This document shows positions 24,930 through 35,043 of a DNA stretch of 64,000 nt, piece after piece. The stretch is taken from contig OZ234493.1 in assembly GCA_965153455.1 (NCBI GenBank), forward strand, positions 31,176,213 through 31,240,212, in the 5' to 3' direction. A program made the translations under genes and the position numbers. Each line of letters opens with the position of its first letter. The first letter of the stretch is position 1. The notes below the pieces were generated by a model. The model had not been told where the DNA came from. It saw only the letters and a program-made list of their open reading frames with translations, and did no database searches. This stretch comes from Sphagnum compactum (Eukaryota).

Positions 24930-25197
24930 AAACATCTTTTTTCTTTGGCCTTTCGTATTCAGAATTAATAAATTTTTTTAAAAATCATTTCTTCAGCCTT
25001 TTTTTCAGCATTAATCAAAATAATAGTAATTAAAAATATTCATTTCTTCAGCCTTTCGTTTTCATAATTAATTAACAATAATAGAAATTAATTTTTTTCA
25101 TTTCTTCAGCCTTTCGTTTTCATAATTAATTAACAATAATAGAAATTAAATTTTTTCATTTCTTCAACCTTTCGTTTTCAGAATTAATTAACTAATT
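24930..25197. repeat. ~57-bp tandem repeat
   Basis: About 5 units of 'catttcttcagcctttcgttttcataattaattaacaataatagaaattaa', followed by a G17 run. Confidence 0.85.
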
Positions 25198-25366
25198 GTG
25201 TGGGGGGGGGGGGGGGAGCCTCCATATGGGCCGGTATAAAGTACTACGCACGTGATGGGGGGAAAGGGCCACTCAGAGTGAGAGAAAGGCCAGAATCTCG
25301 TAAAAGCGGGCCAGAGTGAATAGTGAAGCAGCCCCCACCAGAACACCATTCATTGGTTGCCTGTGA

Positions 25367-25575
25367 CGACTCAGCCATGAGTCAGCTGTGGAAGATCCGC
25401 AACTGAGCTGGTTTCAGCTTGACTCAGCTGTGAAAGATCCTCGACTGAGCTGGTTTCGGCTTGACTCATCTGTGGAAGATCTCAACTGAGTTAATGCCGG
25501 GTTTCATCGTCTCAACTGTGGATGAACTTCAACCTGAGTTAATAATATCTGGTTTCATGTTGGTAACTCATTCTG
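25367..25575. repeat. ~42-bp tandem stem-loop array containing TGA(C/G)TCA
   Basis: Units of 'tga(c/g)tcagctgtggaagatcc..aactgagctggtttc.gct', 4-5 copies, degenerating toward the 3' end. Confidence 0.85.
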
Positions 25576-25797
25576 TGCAAACAAGGTCCTTATTATATCT
25601 AAAGTAGATAAGTAGCAAAATAGATAACTACTAGTGTGAGGGCTGTTCTTTACTTTTGCAAAGAACCCCCGGTCGCAATTTACCTTTGGTTACGATTTTT
25701 TTAAAAATAAATTAGAATGGTTTCTGTTTCAATTTCGATAAATGGAACCCAGGATCCAGTTCAGGGTCTGGTTCTTGAAAAAGAAAATTTCGACTTA

Positions 25798-26015
25798 TGG
25801 TGCATTGCATTCACACTTGATGTTAAGTCAGTGTTAAATGAAAATCTAGGTGGCATCCTAGGTGGCACCCATTGTTAAATGGACCATAGCTCAATGTTAA
25901 GTGAATGCTAGCTTAACTTAAAACTTTCATGGCAACCTGGTTTAAGTCCTAAATGGCTAGCATGGTGTTACCGGACTCAACCCTAGAGTCCCTAACGCCA
26001 AGTGTGAATGCACCT
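25798..26015. mobile_element. PIF/Harbinger-like MITE, with a partial second copy at 45945-46030
   Basis: TIRs are GGTGCA(TTGCA)TTCACACTTG and CAAGTGTGAATGCACC, with TTA-like flanks. A near-identical left end, 'ggtgcattcacac.t.atgttaagtcagtgttaa.tgaaaatctaggtggcatc', occurs at 45946. Confidence 0.7.
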
Positions 26016-27424
26016 TTTAGGTTCTGAAAATCAAACCAGGTTCTGGTTCAGTTTCAGGTAACCCATACTGGAACTTGTGATTGCTTACAAGTTAACCTAT
26101 CCAGTTCTAGTCTTTTTTCCTAATTTATTTTTTCGAAAATATTGTTTCTGGTTTCGGTTCCACACATAAGGGAAACCAGAAATCTGGGGTTCCAGGTCTG
26201 GTTAATAGCAGTAAAAAAAGAAAAGTAATAGCAATAAAGAGAGAAAAATTATAATGAAAGAAGAGTAATAGAAGTAAGAGGAAAAAAAGTAACAAGCAAG
26301 AGGAGAAGAGTAGCAGCTCCAAGTGAGAAGAACAAGAGGAGCCAATACCAGCAGGCCTATGTTATGTGAGAAGAAGAACAAGAGGAACCAATGAACCAAA
26401 TTTGTTTAAGACCCTGCAAATCGGATTCGGATTTTCATGTGAAAACCCATCCAGTTATCTCTTTAGAAAAAAAAAAAAGGAATTTGATTTCGGTTCTCCT
26501 AGTCGGTTCTCATGTGGGTGAGAACTTTACAAAACCGATTTTCAACCCGGTTTTCAATCAAAATGAGAACAATCGATTCTCAATGTGAGAACCGGATCAC
26601 CCAATGAGAACCGCCCAACACCGGTTCTAACCCTCCAAACAGCATTACTGCCCAACACTGATAACTACCCGGGTAAGTAGGTGGTCTTCACATTGGGTAA
26701 GGGCTGCTTTTTCCTGCCTACTTACTAGCAAGCAGCAGCCTGATTGCAGGTTGCTAGTAAGTAGGCAGTAAAAAAAACGAAAAAGAAAAAGCAACTGAGC
26801 TAACTACCGTGGTTAGCTAAGGGAACTAAAACGCAACAGAAAAAACTCTTTCCATCCATCCATCCTTCATCATGTACTGGTGCGTGCTGGTTTACTGTGG
26901 CCGTGAGACTCGTTATCAGCAGCCAAGTCTCACTATTGTGTCGCTGGACGAGGAGTCGTCTTTCTTCGTCTTCTGCATCTCCTTCTTATATCAGCAGCCA
27001 ACTCTCCTCACGGTGTGTCTCTGGACGAGCGAGCTCATCTGTTGGTGATATTGCTCATCTCATCATCAAGCTACATGTGATCTACTCCTCCTCCCCTAAC
27101 TCTCCTTGTGTTCTCTTCCAATTTCGCCACTAGAAAAATATTTACATAACTCTCCTTGTGTTCTCTTCCAATTTCGCTCGCCACTGGAAAAATATTTACA
27201 AGAACTTGGCTGAAAGAAAGATCAGTAGAAGGTGGTGGCGGTGGCGGTTGTTGTTGTTGTTGTTCATGATCATCGGTATCTTGCATTGCGTATGCTTCTT
27301 GGGAATATGGTTTTTAAAAGGAAAGTTATGTCTTTCATTTCGCATGTTGAAAGAAAGATCAGTAGAAGGTGGTGGTGGAGGGGATGACGATGATGGTTGT
27401 TGTTGTTGTTTGTTGAGGATCATA

Positions 27425-27810
27425 GGTCTCTTGCACTTCGTATTCTCCTTGGGATTTTTTTTCTTTTATGGGGAGTGAAGGTCTCTCGCATTTCGCATTC
27501 TTCTTGGAAGTGTTTGTTCTCAAGTGAAGTGGTCTTTTGCTTTTCGCATTCTTCTTGGGAATGTTTTGTTTTCGAGGAATAAGTGGTCTCTTGCATTTCG
27601 CGTTCTTCTTGGAAGTGTTTGTTCTCAAGGGAAGTGGTCTCTTGCATTTCGCATTCTTCTTGGAAGTGTTTGTTTTCAAGGGAAGTGGTCTTTTGCATTT
27701 CGCATTCTTCTCGTGAGTGTTTGTTTTCCGAGTAAAGTGGTCTCTTGCACTTGGTATTCTTCTTGTGAGTGTTTGTTCTCGAGGGAAGTGGTCTCTTGCA
27801 TGTGTCACGG
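27425..27810. repeat. ~51-bp tandem array upstream of the ABI3-like start codon
   Basis: About 7 units of 'aagtggtctcttgcatttcgcattcttcttggaagtgtttgttctcaaggg'. It is preceded by two other duplications, at 27096-27200 and 27210-27460. Confidence 0.9.
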
Positions 27811-28106
27811 TTTGGGAGCCGGGTTGGGGTTGTAATGCAAAGTTCGCTGTGGAAGTGGCGTGGTATGGGATCAATGACGATGGTTTGCTTGTTGGTTTTG
27901 CAGCTTGCATAAGATATTCTTCCTTCCTTTTCTGCTGTGATACGAGTTGGTACCTGGAGAAAGAAACAGTCGAAAACAATCGACGGGAGCCTGCTCCCCG
28001 ATTTGAGAACTAAGTAGACGTGAGACCCAAGTCATATGTTACCGGGTTTCGAACTGGGGAGAAGATTTTTCATGTAGCCATCTGCAGTTACAAGCTTGGG
28101 GAGATC

Positions 28107-28133
28107 ATGCAGAGTGCACACACTTGCGACTAA
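28107..28133 (+). promoter_or_regulatory. Short uORF (MQSAHTCD*) ending 2 nt before the predicted main ATG
   Basis: Sequence reads ATG CAG AGT GCA CAC ACT TGC GAC TAA ac ATG|gtgagt. Confidence 0.5.
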
Positions 28134-28135
28134 AC

Positions 28136-31100
28136 ATGGTGAGTGCATGGGTCTCACAGTCTCACCCTACATAAATTTTTTGTTGAGCTAAGGTTTCTTT
28201 GAATATGTGGGGGTCCAAACATCTCAATAGGATCAGGGTCATCATGAATGCTTTTGAATGATTTACAACATTAGTACAATTTTTGAGACGAAAACATGAA
28301 AAATTCAGCATTGGTCACGTTTGCTTTGGCTCCCATTGCTATGACTGCACCCGCGGGTATTTTGCAACTTCTAGCTGTTGACGTTTTGCTCACAGTCAGG
28401 CCGCTTATAGTCTGATGATGATGACCTTGCAAGAGTTGGGTCTGATGATCGTTAGCAGGTTCGAAAGACAGAAAGACCCAGGGTGCTGCTGAGCCAAGTG
28501 GAATCGCCAAGAGGAGTATTGGCAGGGCCAGGGTGGGCAGATCTAGCATCGGCTCTGCAAGATTTGAAGGAAAGAAACTCCAACGCAGTAGCAGGAGCTG
28601 GTCGAAGAGGAAAAGAAGAAGCTCGGTTGACATCATGCCCGGCTCTGGACACCACATCCAGCTTGTTGTCTCCAGATTTCCATCAAATGTCGCATCCAGC
28701 TTTAGGAGGTCCACCGATTGAGCTGGGAAGTGGCAACTTCAGTGTGGAACTGAGATCTGTATCCTACTCCAGAACTCCATCTCCTAGCAACAACTCAAGA
28801 GCCTCTGCAGATCAGTACTATGATCATAACCCAAATCACCTCTCTCCTGATGATATTTCCTTCCTTCATGATGGCACAGTGCGCGCCATGTTCAAGAAGG
28901 TCCTAGTGAATGAAGCTTTGATGAATCAGGCTATTGAAAGACTTGGGGGTGGAGAAAAAGGTATGAAGGGTTTGATTGCCTACATCAAGTTGTGGGTTAT
29001 GCAGACCAGGAGCATAGAATCTTCAGTTTCTCTTCAGTGTAGGGAGAATCTTGAAACCCTGCAGCAACAACAAGTACCAGAATCATCCCAAGGTCCTTCA
29101 ACTGTTTCAGATCACAGTAATGCCAGCAGCCCACATGGGCATCATCCAAAAACCACGTGGTTGGAACATGGAACTGATAGATCTGAAGCTAACAACAGCA
29201 GCAGCAGTAGTTTGAAGAGGCCATTTCCTTTTGAGCCTCTTTGTCAACCTGCAGATGGCACCTATTTTCCTCATGAGTCAAAGGTTCACAGGCTTTATGG
29301 AGGTGCATTTTCCAATATGGAAATCAATTCTGGATTCAGTACAAGGGAGCAGCTGGTCAGTTCCATAACAGGGGAAGAACTGACAACAACCCCCCCCCGC
29401 ACTGTGAGTACTTCTGGTATGAATCCGATGAATTCACCACAAGGCACATTTGCCTACAACAACAACATGGTGAATCGACCAATGGCTTCTTCTCTGCGGC
29501 TGATGGGGTCAAGATTTGGACTTGATGCTGACAATAATTCCAATTTGTTTCCAGCAGCCAGCAATCGTGCAGCACGCAAGAATCGATTGGTGCAGCAGCG
29601 CCAGGCCTCAGTTTCTTCCAATGTGAGTCAGCTTGTTTCACCCCTCTTTGGGTTGTGGGTTTTTTATGGACGGGCTTACCAGATGGTGCTGAAGGGATTA
29701 GGGCATGTCAGGGCAACTCTGAAATTCAGCCCAAGGCCAGACTCTGCTATTCTGGATTAAAAAACCCACACCTTTCACCCTTCATGACAAAGATATGGTG
29801 TGAATTGCATGCGGGCAGGGTTCACTCACACACCAAGGACTGCAATTCACTGAATTGCATCATCCTACACATGTAGGATAACATCTTCCAGTTCCATGCC
29901 CAGTTTTACTGGAAAAGGTACAGCCTGAGAGACAATTCAAATTTATTTGGGCCTTATTAGAGCATCAGAGTTTACTCACTGTTTGTAAGAGGATCCAGTG
30001 ATGAAGCCCTAGATGCTCTAGTGGTCGACAGATTCGTAGACTTTGGTAGCAAACTTGTAAAGGCTTATATGGGTCAAGGATACTGTATCAGACTGTAGAT
30101 GTATCTTACAGCCTGTACTGATGTGTGTCTTTGTGGTTTTTGTGTGCAGGTGTGGAAGACAGATTCTCTGCTTCTTTTGTTTCAGAAAGACTTACAGCTC
30201 AGTGATGTTGGAAGTCTAGGTCGAATTGTTTTACCCAAGGTCAGAGATTCTTCTTAGCCAAAGTTTGTTGCTCTCTCATGGATTGATATATTTTCGTGGG
30301 GGAGATTTCTCATTTGGCAGCTTGGTTTTGTGATATAGAAGGAGTCTGAAACTCATTTACCGTATCTCACATCCAAAGATGGGATTCTTGTTTCCATGGA
30401 TGACTTTGACACTGGCATGGCTTGGAGTTTCCGATACAGGTAGGCACCTGCCATCAAATAGTGCACTGACCTATGGTTCTTGTTTGTGTTTTCAAACTGT
30501 TAGTAGTGTTAGCTATGGCTGGGTGGATGCTGTTGTAAGCATCTGTGTGAGGAAGAGGATCTTGAAACATGTTTGGCTGGGTATCTGAAGAGCATCTTGA
30601 TAGCAAACTTTTGAATATGTTGATATCCAGTTGATATGTGGTCAATTTATTGATTTTGGTGGGTTTGCAGATACTGGCCAAATAATAGGAGCCGTATGTA
30701 CTTATTAGAGAATACTGGTGAGTTTTTGATTTTCTATGGAGTGCTGTCCAATCTGGCAGAGTTGTTGATTATTTTTAATGGATAGGCTTGAATCAGCTCT
30801 CTTCTTGGCCTAAACCCTAAACCCTAAATGACATGATTATGTGTTTCCAGGAGAGTTTGTGAAAATGCATGATCTGGAACGGGGAGACCTTCTAACCATT
30901 TACAGAAATCCACTAGGCAACTTTGTAAGTTATCCCTCACTTCCATTGTTATGAAATGCATTTTGAGGCTCATATTTGTGTCAGATCAGAAAGATAATTA
31001 GAGGGTTCACTCTCTGATTTGAGGACGAGTCTGGAACGTTTTGTCAGTCTGTTGGTTTTGATGCATGTTGACACTCAAAGCAACAAATCCTGTAACTTCC

Positions 31101-31630
31101 TTACCTGTTATTGTTGTCAGTTGATGGCTACTTTGAGCTTCTTTCACTGGTTGGCTAGACAGACCCCTTGTGAGTGAACATAAGGTATGCAACAACATTG
31201 TTCTGTATCAACTGCAAACCATGAAGATCCTTAATTTGCTGGTGTGCAGGTGATCAGAGGGAAAAAGAATGGTTGTTCGGAGACCTTTGTGCCTACTGGA
31301 GTTCATCTGCCATATGACTTGGCTACCATGGTTTCCTCTCAGGGGAAGTCTGTGAAGGTGGAGGAGATATGTGATGGGAGACTCCATTTGAATGTCCCAA
31401 TTGAGGGGTTTGGTACAGTGGAGCCATTTGATACTTTTTTACAGGATATGATGCAGGGGATTCAAAATGAATGTGAACAACGTGGTGAACAAGGGCTGCA
31501 GCAGTTGGAGCGATTTGCTACCTTGGATTCTGATGTTTATGTCAACGACAGTTTTGGGTTGATGGCTGCAGAGGATGCTGTTTCACAACTGGCTCCCAAG
31601 GGAGCTGGCAAGTCGAAATACAGTTCTTAG
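28136..31630 (+). CDS. ABI3: ABI3/VP1-like B3-domain transcription factor (LAV family), ~619 aa, 7 coding exons
   Basis: Exons 28136-28138, 28459-29622, 30150-30239, 30339-30439, 30671-30717, 30851-30924 and 31250-31630 are all GT-AG and in frame. Domains: B1-like 'AIERLGGGEKGMKGLIAYIKLWV', B2-like 'AARKNRLVQQR', and B3 'LFQKDLQLSDVGSLGRIVLPKKESETHLP...[34 protein letters not shown]'. The B3 exon sizes of 90/101/47 nt are typical of ABI3. The symbol denotes the family, not proven orthology. Confidence 0.92.
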
Positions 31631-33412
31631 AACTGCACATTTTGTACTGTGCATCCCCGGAGGATTCCTGCATGACCTTCTTCCTGGGTACAACTGCAAC
31701 ATTGACTGCCTAGGCTGCTGGGGGCACATCCAGAACTGAATGCAACCTGATGACTCCTATAATTCTGGAAAACAGCAGAGGGTGCAGAGGAGACACCAGA
31801 GGAAATATGGGGATGTCTATGATGGGAGTTATGGCTGCTTCCTGTGCTGTTGCAAAGGCTGACTGTTGACAAGCACCAAGTGTCAAAATCTCAAGAAAAT
31901 TCAGGCCAATTATCTCTCTCACGGTCTTGGCTTTATAATCCTTCATTGTGGAGAAGAAAAACTTTGTAACAATACAGACATTGTCCTGCCACTTGGGAGT
32001 TGTTTCACAAAAGACTAATAAGTTTATGCGAAATTAGCATGGTAGTTTTCCTTGGATTGCCAAACATCTTTAAACAGCTGATTTGTTTCCAATTCTACCT
32101 CTCCAGGTACAAAACAGTGGACATCATACTGGAGGTACATGTAGTGATCTAAGACAGGAATATAGATATGTATAGTCTGGAAGCATTGCCAGATCGACAA
32201 TCTTGTCCCTCGGAATTGTGTTAACACCATGTTCTCTGGATGACAATCCAGAACTCTAAATGTCTTTTGATTTGTCTTACTCACCTATCGCCCCACAGGC
32301 ATTATATTACTTTCAAAAGTTTGCAGATCAAGCCATTCACTATCTTCTATTGGACACCAGACAGCACATACAAAAGATCTGGCCCTATTGTGCAATAGCC
32401 ACTATATTTATTTCAAAAGTTTGCAGATCAATCCATCCATTATTTTCCATTGGACACATCAGACAGCACATACTGAAGATCTGGCAATCATGGTTTCCAA
32501 TAATGCTGACAGCTACTAGGATCACCCATCTAGTCCTGAGTTCCAGGTGGCTCAATATCTCTTGAGATTAGATAGAAGGTAGTTTTCAGCTGTTCAGAAG
32601 AAAATTCAAGGAAACCTGAATTAACAACATTTATGGGAGAATGGTTTCCAAGAAGTATTCATAGACATGGTAATGACAAAAGGAGGGAGAAAATCTGGTT
32701 CAGCTGAGAATATTCTCTAGAGATCTCCTGGATTTTTTGATGGTTATATTTTGATCATCAGAGAACGGGAAAGAAATCAAGAATCTTGGGGGTCCCTTTG
32801 AGCTTCAAATTTGTCGTGATTTTACAAGACAATCTGTGGGCCAAAGGACTCTGGAACCTTTGCATTGGTCTTTGTTGAATTTCCAATCCAAAAAAGAGCA
32901 CGCCTTGAAGCCAGCCACATGACCACAATTTATGTCTAGAGACATTTACTAGAATGGATGTCAGTTTCAGAAAGAGCAAAGATATGAGATGTCCAATGGC
33001 TGAAAGTGGCTACTCAGGGGTGTGCAGGACTTTCAGAGGTAGAAATTGACACCCACCAAAAACACAGAGAGAACTCACAACTCAATTCCACAAAATTGAA
33101 AACAACAGGCCCCACATTCTGATAGAAGACAAAGCTGATCAGAATGACTTGTATGAGAGAAACCCAAGAGTAAGAATAAGACTGGTAGAAGGAAGATGGC
33201 ACTCAGTTTCCTTAACACAACAATCTTAAGGTCACAAAGCTATCTATCCACAGCAACTTGTGGGATTTGAATAAACATTCAGACACCTGGAGGGTTCCAT
33301 ACCCATCACAAATCAGTAACCAAGAGTCAAAACACTATAAGGAACAGTATACAATAAAAGTGTTCAATATAACCATGATACATACTTGTTGGTAAGTATG
33401 GAATATCTCTCT

Positions 33413-34432
33413 TCAAGTGTTGCTCTGAATAGGTTCCTCAGCACAAATCCTCCTTAACTTATGAGCCACAGCTTCATCCATTCCATACTGCATGCAAGAA
33501 GATACCATCAACCACTTGATAAACAGCTTGATTGTTAGTCACACAAAAATGTGCACACTTTGAAAGCAACTCACCCTTGGGACTAACACATCCTGAAAAA
33601 TGCAACTCACCACATCTGCCAAGCATCATGCTTATGCAGTTCACCTTTCAACACTATGCTACTAATACTGCGCTGTTGAAAAGTTAAGCTAGTAAATTGA
33701 ATAAGTAAAGCAGCTGATAGATCTACACTGAAATCACAAGCAGGCAAAATGATATTCCGAAACTTTGATGCCAAAAATGACCTAATTCTCATCATATGGG
33801 ACTGAAATGGATGACCACAAACAGCTTCCCTCGCAAGGGGAAAATTAACAAGAAGATGTCTGGAAAGTCTACCACACATGGCAAGAAATATACAATATAA
33901 AAGGCCAATTTATGGAGTCTGCTTATCGAGGAATGGTATAGTGTCAGAAACCTCAAACCCTAACCCTGATTGTCATAACTGCGCACAGATCGATCATTTC
34001 ACGGATCTAATTTTGCTCAGAGCTTTTCTAGAGGCCAGAAGTCTGTCAACTAATCGGGCAACACAAACAAAGAGGTACTGGAATCAATTCCCTCGCATTC
34101 AACCTACAGATAGAGAGTGGCACCGACTGAAGACGAAAGAGAAAGGTGGAGACGAAAAAAATCGATGACAAACAGGAAGCAGAAAAAGCGAGAAAAACGA
34201 GAGGAGTCAAGTTCGTGTGTTTTATGGGTCCTAACCATATTACCTTACGGAGCACCCAGCAGGAGTGATGATGAGCACGGAGCAGCAATGAACGAATGAC
34301 GGACGGGTCTTGCTCTTGGCTGTAGGTGACGAAATTCTCCCGTGCGAATTGAGAGTAGTAGGAGCGCGTACGAGGAGGCAAGTGCCTGATAAGCTTCATG
34401 ACCTCCGCATACGCATGCACCACTGCCTTCAT
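33413..34432 (-). CDS. LYR-motif (Complex1_LYR, LYRM9-like) small mitochondrial protein, 87 aa, 2 exons
   Basis: Exon 34432-34244 encodes MKAVVHAYAEVMKLIRHLPPRTRSYYSQFARENFVTY...WVLRK. After a GT..AG intron, exon 33487-33413 encodes YGMDEAVAHKLRRICAEEPIQSNT*. Confidence 0.85.
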
Positions 34433-34477
34433 CTCTACCTCGTATCTCCCTCGCCCCTCCTCCTTGCGCAGAGGTCC

Positions 34478-34800
34478 ACGGTTTTAGGGTTGCAGAGGTA
34501 TCAGGGTTTAGGGTTTCAGGATTCAGGACCGTTTAAGGTTGCAGAGCGTCCGAATTCAGGGTTTAGGATTTTAGGGTTGCAAGCTTCAGAATCGAGGGTT
34601 TTAGGGTTACCGTGCTTCAGAATCCAGGGTCTAGGGTTTTACGGTTCAGGATCTTAGGGTTGCAGAGCTTAGAATCCAGGGTTTAGGGTTCCAGGGTCCA
34701 GGGTCTTAGGGTTGCAGAGCTTCAGAACTCAGGGTTTGGGAATTTATAGTTCCGGGTTTTAAGGTTGGAGAGCGCCAGAATTCTGGGTTCAGGGTTTGAA
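34478..34800. repeat. Degenerate GGGTTTAGGGTT (telo-box-like) tandem array in the LYR gene leader/promoter
   Basis: About 15 repeats of 'agggttt(t)agggtt(gcagag)' immediately upstream of the minus-strand ATG. Confidence 0.75.
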
Positions 34801-34825
34801 AGTTTGAATTTTTTCTGAATTGATT

Positions 34826-35043
34826 TGATTTTTGAAGCACAAAACCATACCCAGACTTGACAAGCCGTCGATACTTGATACCCCCAAGTCAAGCTCAGTG
34901 GCAGAGACTCGGTAGGACTTTCATCTGCACACCAGTGGGTTTTGAACCCACAACCTTTTTCAGGTCCCAGGGTCCCAGACAAGGGCTGTAACCACTGAGC
35001 CATCACCCCTGGGGTTGACTGAGCCATCACCCCTGGGGTTGAT
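34826..35043 (-). mobile_element. tRNA-derived SINE
   Basis: On the minus strand: A-box TGGCTCAGTGG, B-box GGTTCAAAACC, a ~100-nt body and an A-rich end. The head carries a 23-bp tandem duplication. A 3' fragment recurs inverted at 35493-35572. Confidence 0.7.

Noticed and set aside
27425-27810. CRISPR-like regular repeats
   Set aside because: Whole units are repeated with no unique spacers, there are no cas genes, and the context is eukaryotic. The same applies to the arrays at 2725-3105, 19555-19935 and 25367-25575.
27359-27979. 206-aa minus-strand ORF with repeated KKNAKCKRPL
   Set aside because: It is a by-product of the 51-bp (multiple of 3) tandem array; several frames on both strands are open.
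29623-29760. C-terminal part of ORF 28483..29760
   Set aside because: This is read-through into the intron after the GTGAGT donor at 29623. The spliced B3 exons give the coherent protein.
30808-30828. (CCCTAAA)n as a telomere
   Set aside because: Fewer than three units inside an intron; an ordinary interstitial telo-box.
32560-33210. Possible RTE-type LINE 3' remnant
   Set aside because: Only faint resemblance ('RGR..PPKT.R'); too degenerate to support by eye.
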